NCBI GenBank assembly: GCA_964016885.1
Contig: OZ024759.1
Span: 2,232,001-2,296,000 of the forward strand
Length of the DNA stretch: 64,000 nt
Origin: Eledone cirrhosa
Taxonomy: Eukaryota
Direction: 5' to 3'
In this document: positions 14,101-29,500 of the stretch, one piece after another
Layout of the letters: each line of letters opens with the position of its first letter
Position numbering within the stretch: the first letter of the stretch is position 1
Notes under the pieces: model-generated
What the model was told of the DNA's origin: nothing
Databases searched by the model: none
What the model saw: the letters and a program-made list of their open reading frames with translations, nothing else
Translations under genes and position numbers: made by a program

Positions 14101-17100
14101 TATTAGTAACATGACAAAGTTTATATTAGTAACATGACAAAGTCTATATTAGTAACATGACAAAGTCTATGTTAGTAACATGACACAGTCTATATTAGTA
14201 GCATCACACAGTCTATATTAGTAACATGACAAAGTCTATATTAGTAACATGACAAAGTCTATATTAGTAACATGACAAAGTCTATATTAGTAACATGACA
14301 CAGTCTATATTAGTAGCATGACAAAGTCTATATTAGTAACATGACAAAGTCTATATTAGTAGCATGACACAGTCTATATTAGTAACATGACAAAGTCTAT
14401 ATTAGTAACATGACAGTCTATATTAGTAACATGACACAGTCTATATTAGTAACATGACACAGTCTATATTAGTAACATGAGACAGTCTATATTAGTAACA
14501 TGACAAAGTCTATATTAGTAACATGACACAGTCTATATTAGTAACATGACACAGTCTATATTAGTAACATGACAAAGTCTATATTAGTAACATGACACAG
14601 TCTATATTAGTAACATGACACAGTCTATATTAGTAGCATGACAAAGTCTATCTTAGTAACATGACACAGTCTATATTAGTAGCATCACACAGTCTATATT
14701 AGTAACATGACAAAGTCTATATTAGTAACATGACAAAGTTTATATTAGTAACATGACAAAGTCTATATTAGTAACATGACAAAGTCTATATTAGTAACAT
14801 GACAGTCTATATTAGTAACATGACACAGTCTATATTAGTAACATGACACAGTCTATATTAGTAACATGACAAAGTCTATATTAGTAACATGACAAAGTCT
14901 ATATTAGTAACATGGCAAAGTCTATATTAGTAACATGACAAAGTCTATATTAGTAACATGACACAGTCTATATTAGTAGCATGACAAAGTCTATATTAGT
15001 AACATGACAAAGTCTATATTAGTAGCATGACACAGTCTATATTAGTAACATGACAAAGTCTATATTAGTAACATGACAGTCTATATTAGTAACATGACAC
15101 AGTCTATATTAGTAACATGACACAGTCTATATTAGTAACATGAGACAGTCTATATTAGTAACATGACAAAGTCTATATTAGTAACATGACACAGTCTATA
15201 TTAGTAACATGACACAGTCTATATTAGTAACATGACAAAGTCTATATTAGTAACATGACACAGTCTATATTAGTAACATGACACAGTCTATATTAGTAGC
15301 ATGACAAAGTCTATGTTAGTAACATGACACAGTCTATATTAGTAGCATCACACAGTCTATATTAGTAACATGACAAAGTCTATATTAGTAACATGACAAA
15401 GTTTATATTAGTAACATGACAAAGTCTATATTAGTAACATGACAAAGTCTATATTAGTAACATGACAGTCTATATTAGTAACATGACACAGTCTATATTA
15501 GTAACATGACAAAGTCTGTATTAGTAACATGACAATGTCTATATTAGTAACATGACACAGTCTATATTAGTAGCATGACAAAGTCTATATTAGTAACATG
15601 ACACAGTCTATATTAGTAGCATGACACAGTCTATATTAGTAACATGACAAAGTCTATATTAGTAACATGACAAAGTCTATATTAGTAACATGACAAAGTC
15701 TATATTAGTAACATGACAAAGTCTATATTAGTAGCATGACAAAGTCTATATTAGTAACATGACAAAGTCTATATTAGTAGCATGACACAGTCTATATTAG
15801 TAACATGACAAAGTCTATATTAGTAACATGACAGTCTATATTAGTAACATGACACAGTCTATATTAGTAACATGACACAGTCTATATTAGTAACATGAGA
15901 CAGTCTATATTAGTAACATGACAAAGTCTATATTAGTAACATGACACAGTCTATATTAGTAACATGACACAGTCTATATTAGTAACATGACAAAGTCTAT
16001 ATTAGTAACATGACACAGTCTATATTAGTAACATGACACAGTCTATATTAGTAGCATGACAAAGTCTATGTTAGTAACATGACACAGTCTATATTAGTAG
16101 CATCACACAGTCTATATTAGTAACATGACAAAGTCTATATTAGTAACATGACAAAGTCTATATTAGTAACATGACAAAGTCTATATTAGTAACATGACAC
16201 AGTCTATATTAGTAGCATGACAAAGTCTATATTAGTAACATGACAAAGTCTATATTAGTAGCATGACATAGTCTATATTAGTAACATGACAAAGTCTATA
16301 TTAGTAACATGACAGTCTATATTAGTAACATGACACAGTCTATATTAGTAACATGACACAGTCTATATTAGTAGCATGACAAAGTCTATATTAGTAACAT
16401 GACAAAGTCTATATTAGTAACATGACAAAGTCTATGTTAGTAACATGACAAAGTCTATATTAGTAACATGACAAAGTCTATATTAGTAACATGACAAAGT
16501 CTATATTAGTAACATGACACAGTCTATATTAGTAACATGACAGTCTATATTAGTAACATGACAGTCTACATTAGTAACATGACACAGTCTATATTAGTAA
16601 CATGACAAAGTCGATATTAGTAACATGACACAGTCTATATTAGTAACATGACACAGTCTATATTAGTAGCATGAAAAAGTCTATGTTAGTAACATGACAC
16701 AGTCTATATTAGTAGCATCACACAGTCTATATTAGTAACATGACAAAGTCTATATTAGTAACATGACAAAGTCTATATTAGTAACATGACAAAGTCTATA
16801 TTAGTAACATGACACAGTCTATATTAGTAGCATGACAAAGTCTATATTAGTAACATGACAAAGTCTATATTAGTAGCATGACACAGTCTATATTAGTAAC
16901 ATGACAAAGTCTATATTAGTAACATGACAGTCTATATTAGTAACATGACACAGTCTATATTAGTAACATGACACAGTCTATATTAGTAACATGAGACAGT
17001 CTATATTAGTAACATGACAAAGTCTATATTAGTAACATGACACAGTCTATATTAGTAACATGACACAGTCTATATTAGTAACATGACAAAGTCTATATTA

Positions 17101-17990
17101 GTAACATGACACAGTCTATATTAGTAACATGACACAGTCTATATTAGTAGCATGACAAAGTCTATCTTAGTAACACGACACAGTCTATATTAGTAGCATC
17201 ACACAGTCTATATTAGTAACATGACAAAGTCTATATTAGTAACATGACAAAGTTTATATTAGTAACATGACAAAGTCTATATTAGTAACATGACAAAGTC
17301 TATGTTAGTAACATGACACAGTCTATATTAGTAGCATCACACAGTCTATATTAGTAACATGACAAAGTCTATATTAGTAACATGACAAAGTCTATATTAG
17401 TAACATGACAAAGTCTATATTAGTAACATGACACAGTCTATATTAGTAGCATGACAAAGTCTATATTAGTAACATGACAAAGTCTATATTAGTAGCATGA
17501 CACAGTCTATATTAGTAACATGACAAAGTCTATAATAGTAACATGACAGTCTATATTAGTAACATGACACAGTCTATATTAGTAACATGACACAGTCTAT
17601 ATTAATAACATGAGACAGTCTATATTAGTAACATGACAAAGTCTATATTAGTAACATGACACAGTCTATATTAGTAACATGACACAGTCTATATTAGTAA
17701 CATGACAAAGTCTATATTAGTAACATGACACAGTCTATATTAGTAACATGACACAGTCTATATTAGTAGCATGACAAAGTCTATCTTAGTAACATGACAC
17801 AGTCTATATTAGTAGCATCACACAGTCTATATTAGTAACATGACAAAGTCTATATTAGTAACATGACAAAGTTTATATTAGTAACATGACAAAGTCTATA
17901 TTAGTAACATGACAAAGTCTATATTAGTAACATGACAGTCTATATTAGTAACATGACACAGTCTATATTAGTAACATGACACAGTCTATA
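11200..17990. repeat. Higher-order block with 4,392-bp offset and nested 619/640/1,259-bp repeats
   Basis: GTCGAT followed by an ACA unit occurs at 12221/16613, and TATCTT occurs at 12774/17166 (both offset 4392). TATCTT at 12774, 13393, 14033 and 14652 gives spacings of 619, 640 and 619, and 17166/17785 gives 619. Boundaries are approximate. Confidence 0.85.
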
Positions 17991-20549
17991 TTAGTAACAT
18001 GACAAAGTCTATATTAGTAACATGACAATGTCTATATTAGTAACATGACACAGTCTATATTAGTAGCATGACAAAGTCTATATTAGTAACATGACACAGT
18101 CTATATTAGTAGCATGACACAGTCTATATTAGTAACATGACAAAGTCTATATTAGTAACATGACAAAGTCTATATTAGTAACATGACAAAGTCTATATTA
18201 GTAACATGACAAAGTCTATATTAGTAGCATGACAAAGTCTATATTAGTAACATGACAAAGTCTATATTAGTAACATGACAAAGTCTATGTTAGTAACATG
18301 ACAAAGTCTATATTAGTAACATGACAAAGTCTATATTAGTAACATGACAAAGTCTATATTAGTAACATGACACAGTCTATATTAGTAACATGACAGTCTA
18401 TATTAGTAACATGACAGTCTACATTAGTAACATGACACAGTCTATATTAGTAACATGACAAAGTCGATATTAGTAACATGACAATGTCTATATTAGTAAC
18501 ATGACAAAGTCTATATTAGTAACATGACAAAGTCTATATTAGTAACATGACACAGTCTATATTAGTAGCATGACAAAGTCTATATTAGTAACATGACAAA
18601 GTCTATATTAGTAGCATGACACAGTCTATATTAGTAACATGACAAAGTCTATATTAGTAACATGACAGTCTATATTAGTAACATGACACAGTCTATATTA
18701 GTAACATGACACAGTCTATATTAGTAACATGAGACAGTCTATATTAGTAACATGACAAAGTCTATATTAGTAACATGACACAGTCTATATTAGTAACATG
18801 ACACAGTCTATATTAGTAACATGACAAAGTCTATATTAGTAACATGACACAGTCTATATTAGTAACATGACACAGTCTATATTAGTAGCATGACAAAGTC
18901 TATGTTAGTAACATGACACAGTCTATATTAGTAGCATCACACAGTCTATATTAGTAACATGACAAAGTCTATATTAGTAACATGACAAAGTCTATATTAG
19001 TAACATGACAAAGTCTATATTAGTAACATGACAAAGTCTATATTAGTAACATGACAGTCTATATTAGTAACATGACACAGTCTATATTAGTAACATGACA
19101 CAGTCTATATTATTAACATGACAAAGTCTATATTAGTAACATGACAAAGTCTATATTAGTAACATGACACAGTCTATATTAGTAGCATGACAAAGTCTAT
19201 ATTAGTAACATGACACAGTCTATATTAGTAGCATGACACAGTCTATATTAGTAACATGACAAAGTCTATATTAGTAACATGACAAAGTCTATATTAGTAG
19301 CATGACAAAGTCTATATTAGTAACATGACAAAGTCTATATTAGTAACATGACACAGTCTATATTAGTAACATGACAAAGTCTATATTAGTAACATGACAA
19401 AGTCTATATTAGTAACATGACAAAGTCTATATTAGTAACATGACAAAGTCTATATTAGTAGCATGACAAAGTCTATATTAGTAACATGACACAGTCTATA
19501 TTAGTAACATGACAGTCTATATTAGTAACATGACAGTCTACATTAGTAACATGACACAGTCTATATTAGTAACATGACAAAGTCGATATTAGTAACATGA
19601 CAATGTCTATATTAGTAACATGACAAAGTCTATATTAGTAACATGACACAATCTATATTAGTAACATGACAAAGTCTATATTAGTAACATGGCAAAGTCT
19701 ATATTATAACATGACAAAGTCTATATTAGTAACATGACAAAGTCTATATTAGTAACATGACAAAGTCTATATTAGTAACATGACAAAGTCTATATTAGTA
19801 ACATGACAAAGTCTATATTAGTAACATGACAAAATCTATATTAGTAGCATGACAAAGTCTATATTAGTAACATGACAAAGTCTATATTAGTAACATGACA
19901 AAGTCTATATTAGTAACATGACACAGTCTATATTAGTAACATGACAAAGTCTATATTAGTAGCATGACAAAGTCTATATTAGTAACATGACAAAGTCTAT
20001 ATTAGTAACATGACAAAGTCTATATTAGTAACATGACAAAGTCTATATTAGTAACATGACAAAGTCTATATTAGTAACATGACACAGTCTATATTAGTAA
20101 CATGACAGTCTATATTAGTAACATGACAGTCTACATTAGTAACATGACACAGTCTATATTAGTAACATGACAAAGTCGATATTAGTAACATGACAATGTC
20201 TATATTAGTAACATGACAAAGTCTATATTAGTAACATGACAAAGTCTATATTAGTAACATGACAAAGTCTATATTAGTAACATGACACAGTCTATATTAG
20301 TAACATGACAAAGTCTATATTAGTAGCATGACAAAGTCTATATTAGTAACATGACAAAGTCTATATTAGTAACATGACAAAGTCTATATTAGTAACATGA
20401 CAAAGTCTATATTAGTAACATGACAAAGTCTATATTAGTAACATGACACAGTCTATATTAGTAACATGACAGTCTATATTAGTAACATGACAGTCTACAT
20501 TAGTAACATGACACAGTCTATATTAGTAACATGACAAAGTCGATATTAA

Positions 20550-23500
20550 TAACATGACAATGTCTATATTAGTAACATGACAAAGTCTATATTAGTAACA
20601 TGACAAAGTCTATATTAGTAACATGACAAAGTCTATATTAGTAACATGACAAAGTCTATATTAGTAACATGACATAGTCTATATTAGTAACATGACACAG
20701 TCTATATTAGTAACATGACAAAGTCTATATTAGTAGCATGACAAAGTCTGTATTAGTAACATGACAGTCTATATTAGTAACATGACAAAGTCTATATTAG
20801 TAACATGACAAAGTCTATATTAGTAGCATGACAAAGTCTATATTAGTAATATGACAAAGTCTATATTAGTAACATGACAAAGTCTATATTAGTAACATGA
20901 CACAGTCTATATTAGTAACATGACAAAGTATATATTAGTAGCATGACAAAGTCTATATTAGTAACATGACAAAGTCTATATTAGTAACATGACAAAGTCT
21001 ATATTAGTAACATGACAAAGTCTATATTAGTAACATGACAAAGTCTATATTAGTAACATGACAAAGTCTATATTAGTAACAGGACACAGTCTATATTAGT
21101 AACATGACAGTCTATATTAGTAACATGACAGTCTACATTAGTAACATGACACAGTCTATATCAGTAACATGACAAAGTCGATATTAGTAACATGACAATG
21201 TCTATATTAGTAACATGACAAAGTCTATATTAGTAACATGACAAAGTCTATATTAGTAGCATGACAAAGTCTATATTAGTAACATGACAAAGTCTATATT
21301 AGTAACATGACAAAGTCTATATTAGTAACATGACACAGTCTATATTAGTAACATGACAAAGTCTATATTAGTAGCATGACAAAGTCTATATTAGTAACAT
21401 GACAAAGTCTATATTAGTAACATGACAAAGTCTATATTAGTAACATGACAAAGTCTATATTAGTAACATGACAAAGTCTATATTAGTAACATGACACAGT
21501 CTATATTAGTAACATGACAGTCTATATTAGTAACATGACAGTCTACATTAGTAACATGACACAGTCTATATTAGTAACATGACACAGTCTATATTAGTAG
21601 CATGACAAAGTCTATATTAGTAACATGACACAGTCTCTATTAGTAGCATGACACAGTCTATATTAGTAACATGACAAAGTCTATATTAGTAACATGACAA
21701 AGTCTATATTAGTAACATGACAAAGTCTATATTAGTAACATGACAAAGTCTATATTAGTAGCATGACAACGTCTATATTAGTAACATGACAAAGTCTATA
21801 TTAGTAACATGGCAAAGTCTATATTAGTAACATGACAAAGTCTATATTAGTAACATGACACAGTCTATATTAGTAGCATGACAAAGTCTATATTAGTAAC
21901 ATGACAAAGTCTATATTAGTAGCATGACACAGTCTATATTAGTAACATGACAAAGTCTATATTAGTAACATGGCAAAGTCTATATTAGTAACATGACAAA
22001 GTCTATATTAGTAACATGACACAGTCTATATTAGTAGCATGACAAAGTCTATATTAGTAACATGACAAAGTCTATATTAGTAGCATGACACAGTCTATAT
22101 TAGTAACATGACAAAGTCTATATTAGTAACATGACAGTCTATATTAGTAACATGACACAGTCTATATTAGTAACATGACACAGTCTATATTAGTAACATG
22201 AGACAGTCTATATTAGTAACATGACAAAGTCTATATTAGTAACATGACACAGTCTATATTAGTAACATGACACAGTCTATATTAGTAACATGACAAAGTC
22301 TATATTAGTAACATGACACAGTCTATATTAGTAACATGACACAGTCTATATTAGTAGCATGACAAAGTCTATGTTAGTAACATGACACAGTCTATATTAG
22401 TAGCATCACACAGTCTATATTAGTAACATGACAAAGTCTATATTAGTAACATGACAAAGTTTATATTAGTAACATGACAAAGTCTATATTAGTAACATGA
22501 CAGTCTATATTAGTAACATGACACAGTCTATATTAGTAACATGACAAAGTCTGTATTAGTAACATGACAATGTCTATATTAGTAACATGACACAGTCTAT
22601 ATTAGTAGCATGACAAAGTCTATATTAGTAACATGACACAGTCTATATTAGTAGCATCACACAGTCTATATTAGTAACATGACAAAGTCTATATTAGTAA
22701 CATGACAAAGTCTATATTAGTAACATGACAAAGTCTATATTAGTAACATGACAAAGTCTATATTAGTAACATGACAGTCTATATTAGTAACATGACACAG
22801 TCTATATTAGTAACATGACACAGTCTATATTATTAACATGACAAAGTCTATATTAGTAACATGACAAAGTCTATATTAGTAACATGACACAGTCTATATT
22901 AGTAGCATGACAAAGTCTATATTAGTAACATGACACAGTCTATATTAGTAGCATGACACAGTCTATATTAGTAACATGACAAAGTCTATATTAGTAACAT
23001 GACAAAGTCTATATTAGTAGCATGACAAAGTCTATATTAGTAACATGACAAAGTCTATATTAGTAACATGACACAGTCTATATTAGTAACATGACAAAGT
23101 CTATATTAGTAACATGACAAAGTCTATATTAGTAACATGACAAAGTCTATATTAGTAACATGACAAAGTCTATATTAGTAGCATGACAAAGTCTATATTA
23201 GTAACATGACACAGTCTATATTAGTAACATGACAGTCTATATTAGTAACATGACAGTCTACATTAGTAACATGACACAGTCTATATTAGTAACATGACAA
23301 AGTCGATATTAGTAACATGACAATGTCTATATTAGTAACATGACAAAGTCTATATTAGTAACATGACACAATCTATATTAGTAACATGACAAAGTCTATA
23401 TTAGTAACATGGCAAAGTCTATATTATAACATGACAAAGTCTATATTAGTAACATGACAAAGTCTATATTAGTAACATGACAAAGTCTATATTAGTAACA

Positions 23501-26500
23501 TGACAAAGTCTATATTAGTAACATGACAAAGTCTATATTAGTAACATGACAAAATCTATATTAGTAGCATGACAAAGTCTATATTAGTAACATGACAAAG
23601 TCTATATTAGTAACATGACAAAGTCTATATTAGTAACATGACACAGTCTATATTAGTAACATGACAAAGTCTATATTAGTAGCATGACAAAGTCTATATT
23701 AGTAACATGACAAAGTCTATATTAGTAACATGACAAAGTCTATATTAGTAACATGACAAAGTCTATATTAGTAACATGACAAAGTCTATATTAGTAACAT
23801 GACACAGTCTATATTAGTAACATGACAGTCTATATTAGTAACATGACAGTCTACATTAGTAACATGACACAGTCTATATTAGTAACATGACAAAGTCGAT
23901 ATTAGTAACATGACAATGTCTATATTAGTAACATGACAAAGTCTATATTAGTAACATGACAAAGTCTATATTAGTAACATGACAAAGTCTATATTAGTAA
24001 CATGACACGGTCTATATTAGTAACATGACAAAGTCTATATTAGTAGCATGACAAAGTCTATATTAGTAACATGACAAAGTCTATATTAGTAACATGACAA
24101 AGTCTATATTAGTAACATGACAATGTCTATATTAGTAACATGACAAAGTCTATATTAGTAACATGACAAAGTCTATATTAGTAACATGACAAAGTCTATA
24201 TTAGTAACATGACAAAGTCTATATTAGTAACATGACATAGTCTATATTAGTAACATGACACAGTCTATATTAGTAACATGACAAAGTCTATATTAGTAGC
24301 ATGACAAAGTCTGTATTAGTAACATGACAGTCTATATTAGTAACATGACAAAGTCTATATTAGTAACATGACAAAGTCTATATTAGTAGCATGACAAAGT
24401 CTATATTAGTAATATGACAAAGTCTATATTAGTAACATGACAAAGTCTATATTAGTAACATGACACAGTCTATATTAGTAACATGACAAAGTATATATTA
24501 GTAGCATGACAAAGTCTATATTAGTAACATGACAAAGTCTATATTAGTAACATGACAAAGTCTATATTAGTAACATGACAAAGTCTATATTAGTAACATG
24601 ACAAAGTCTATATTAGTAACATGACAAAGTCTATATTAGTAACAGGACACAGTCTATATTAGTAACATGACAGTCTATATTAGTAACATGACAGTCTACA
24701 TTAGTAACATGACACAGTCTATATCAGTAACATGACAAAGCCGATATTAGTAACATGACAATGTCTATATTAGTAACATGACAAAGTCTATATTAGTAAC
24801 ATGACAAAGTCTATATTAGTAGCATGACAAAGTCTATATTAGTAACATGACAAAGTCTATATTAGTAACATGACAAAGTCTATATTAGTAACATGACACA
24901 GTCTATATTAGTAACATGACAAAGTCTATATTAGTAGCATGACAAAGTTTATATTAGTAACATGACAAAGTCTATATTAGTAACATGACAAAGTCTATAT
25001 TAGTAACATGACAAAGTCTATATTAGTAACATGACAAAGTCTATATTAGTAACATGACACAGTCTATATTAGTAACATGACAGTCTATATTAGTAACATG
25101 ACAGTCTACATTAGTAACATGACACAGTCTATATTAGTAACATGACACAGTCTATATTAGTAGCATGACAAAGTCTATATTAGTAACATGACACAGTCTC
25201 TATTAGTAGCATGACACAGTCTATATTAGTAACATGACAAAGTCTATATTAGTAACATGACAAAGTCTATATTAGTAACATGACAAAGTCTATATTAGTA
25301 ACATGACAAAGTCTATATTAGTAGCATGACAACGTCTATATTAGTAACATGACAAAGTCTATATTAGTAACATGGCAAAGTCTATATTAGTAACATGACA
25401 AAGTCTATATTAGTAACATGACACAGTCTATATTAGTAGCATGACAAAGTCTATATTAGTAACATGACAAAGTCTATATTAGTAGCATGACACAGTCTAT
25501 ATTAGTAACATGACAAAGTCTATATTAGTAACATGGCAAAGTCTATATTAGTAACATGACAAAGTCTATATTAGTAACATGACACAGTCTATATTAGTAG
25601 CATGACAAAGTCTATATTAGTAACATGACAAAGTCTATATTAGTAGCATGACACAGTCTATATTAGTAACATGACAAAGTCTATATTAGTAACATGACAG
25701 TCTATATTAGTAACATGACACAGTCTATATTAGTAACATGACACAGTCTATATTAGTAACATGAGACAGTCTATATTAGTAACATGACAAAGTCTATATT
25801 AGTAACATGACACAGTCTATATTAGTAACATGACACAGTCTATATTAGTAACATGACAAAGTCTATATTAGTAACATGACACAGTCTATATTAGTAACAT
25901 GACACAGTCTATATTAGTAGCATGACAAAGTCTATGTTAGTAACATGACACAGTCTATATTAGTAGCATCACACAGTCTATATTAGTAACATGACAAAGT
26001 CTATATTAGTAACATGACAAAGTTTATATTAGTAACATGACAAAGTCTATATTAGTAACATGACAAAGTCTATATTAGTAACATGACAGTCTATATTAGT
26101 AACATGACACAGTCTATATTAGTAACATGACAAAGTCTGTATTAGTAACATGACAATGTCTATATTAGTAACATGACACAGTCTATATTAGTAGCATGAC
26201 AAAGTCTATATTAGTAACATGACACAGTCTATATTAGTAGCATGACACAGTCTATATTAGTAACATGACAAAGTCTATATTAGTAACATGACAAAGTCTA
26301 TATTAGTAGCATGACAAAGAATATATTAGTAACATGACAAAGTCTATATTAGTAGCATGACAAAGTCTATATTAGTAACATGACAAAGTCTATATTAGTA
26401 ACATGACAAAGTCTATATTAGTAACATGACACAGTCTATATTAGTAACATGACAAAGTCTATATTAGTAACATGACAAAGTCTATATTAGTAACATGACA

Positions 26501-29500
26501 AAGTCTATATTAGTAACATGACAAAGTCTATATTAGTAACATGACAAAATCTATATTAGTAGCATGACAAAGTCTATATTAGTAACATGACAAAGTCTAT
26601 ATTAGTAACATGACAAAGTCTATATTAGTAACATGACACAGTCTATATTAGTAACATGACAGTCTATATTAGTAACATGACAGTCTACATTAGTAACATG
26701 ACACAGTCTATATTAGTAACATGACAAAGTCGATATTAGTAACATGACAATGTCTATATTAGTAACATGACAAAGTCTATATTAGTAACATGACAAAGTC
26801 TATATTAGTAACATGACACAGTCTATATTAGTAACATGACAAAGTCTATATTAGTAGCATGACAAAGTCTATATTAGTAACATGACAAAGTCTATATTGG
26901 TAACATGACAAAGTCTATATTAGTAACATGGCAAAGTCTATATTAGTAACATGACAAAGTCTATATTAGTAACATGACACAGTCTATATTAGTAGCATGA
27001 CAAAGTCTATATTAGTAACATGACAAAGTCTATATTAGTAGCATGACACAGTCTATATTAGTAACATGACAAAGTCTATATTAGTAACATGGCAAAGTCT
27101 ATATTAGTAACATGACAAAGTCTATATTAGTAACATGACACAGTCTATATTAGTAGCATGACAAAGTCTATATTAGTAACATGACAAAGTCTATATTAGT
27201 AGCATGACACAGTCTATATTAGTAACATGACAAAGTCTATATTAGTAACATGACAGTCTATATTAGTAACATGACACAGTCTATATTAGTAACATGACAC
27301 AGTCTATATTAGTAACATGAGACAGTCTATATTAGTAACATGACAAAGTCTATATTAGTAACATGACACAGTCTATATTAGTAACATGACACAGTCTATA
27401 TTAGTAACATGACAAAGTCTATATTAGTAACATGACACAGTCTATATTAGTAACATGACACAGTCTATATTAGTAGCATGACAAAGTCTATGTTAGTAAC
27501 ATGACACAGTCTATATTAGTAGCATCACACAGTCTATATTAGTAACATGACAAAGTCTATATTAGTAACATGACAAAGTCTATATTAGTAACATGACAAA
27601 GTCTATATTAGTAACATGACAAAGTCTATATTAGTAACATGACAGTCTATATTAGTAACATGACACAGTCTATATTAGTAACATGACACAGTCTATATTA
27701 GTAACATGACAAAGTCTATATTAGTAACATGACAAAGTCTATATTAGTAACATGACACAGTCTATATTAGTAGCATGACAAAGTCTATATTAGTAACATG
27801 ACACAGTCTATATTAGTAGCATGACACAGTCTATATTAGTAACATGACAAAGTCTATATTAGTAACATGACAAAGTCTATATTAGTAGCATGACAAAGTC
27901 TATATTAGTAACATGACAAAGTCTATATTAGTAACATGACACAGTCTATATTAGTAACATGACAAAGTCTATATTAGTAACATGACAAAGTCTATATTAG
28001 TAACATGACAAAGTCTATATTAGTAACATGACAAAGTCTATATTAGTAGCATGACAAAGTCTATATTAGTAACATGACACAGTCTATATTAGTAACATGA
28101 CAGTCTATATTAGTAACATGACAGTCTACATTAGTAACATGACACAGTCTATATTAGTAACATGACAAAATCGATATTAGTAACATGACAATGTCTATAT
28201 TAGTAACAAGACAAAGTCTATATTAGTAACATGACACAGTCTATATTAGTAACATGACAAAGTCTATATTAGTAACATGGCAAAGTCTATATTATAACAT
28301 GACAAAGTCTATATTAGTAACATGACAAAGTCTATATTAGTAACATGACACAGTCTATATTAGTAACATGACAAAGTCTATATTAGTAACATGACAAAGT
28401 CTATATTAGTAACATGACAAAGTCTATATTAGTAACATGACAAAGTCTATATTAGTAACATGACAAAATCTATATTAGTAGCATGACAAAGTCTATATTA
28501 GTAACATGACAAAGTCTATATTAGTAACATGACAAAGTCTATATTAGTAACATGACACAGTCTATATTAACAAACATGACAAAGTCTATATTAGTAGCAT
28601 GACAAAGTCTATATTAGTAACATGACAAAGTCTATATTAGTAACATGACAAAGTCTATATTAGTAACATGACAAAGTCTATATTAGTAACATGACAAAGT
28701 CTATATTAGTAACATGACACAGTCTATATTAGTAACATGACAGTCTATATTAGTAACATGACAGTCTACATTAGTAACATGACACAGTCTATATTAGTAA
28801 CATGACAAAGTCGATATTAGTAACATGACAATGTCTATATTAGTAACATGACAAAGTCTATATTAGTAACATGACAAAGTCTATATTAGTAACATGACAA
28901 AGTCTATATTAGTAACATGACACAGTCTATATTAGTAACATGACAAAGTCTATATTAGTAGCATGACAAAGTCTATATTAGTAACATGACAAAGTCTATA
29001 TTAGTAACATGACAAAGTCTATATTAGTAACATGACAAAGTCTATATTAGTAACATGACAAAGTCTATATTAGTAACATGACACAGTCTATATTAGTAAC
29101 ATGACAGTCTATATTAGTAACATGACAGTCTACATTAGTAACATGACACAGTCTATATTAGTAACATGACAAAGTCGATATTAGTAACATGACAATGTCT
29201 ATATTAGTAACATGACAAAGTCTATATTAGTAACATGACAAAGTCTATATTAGTAACATGACAAAGTCTATATTAGTAACATGACAGTCTATATTAGTAA
29301 CATGACACAGTCTATATTAGTAACATGACACAGTCTATATTATTAACATGACAAAGTCTATATTAGTAACATGACAAAGTCTATATTAGTAACATGACAC
29401 AGTCTATATTAGTAGCATGACAAAGTCTATATTAGTAACATGACACAGTCTATATTAGTAGCATGACACAGTCTATATTAGTAACATGACAAAGTCTATA

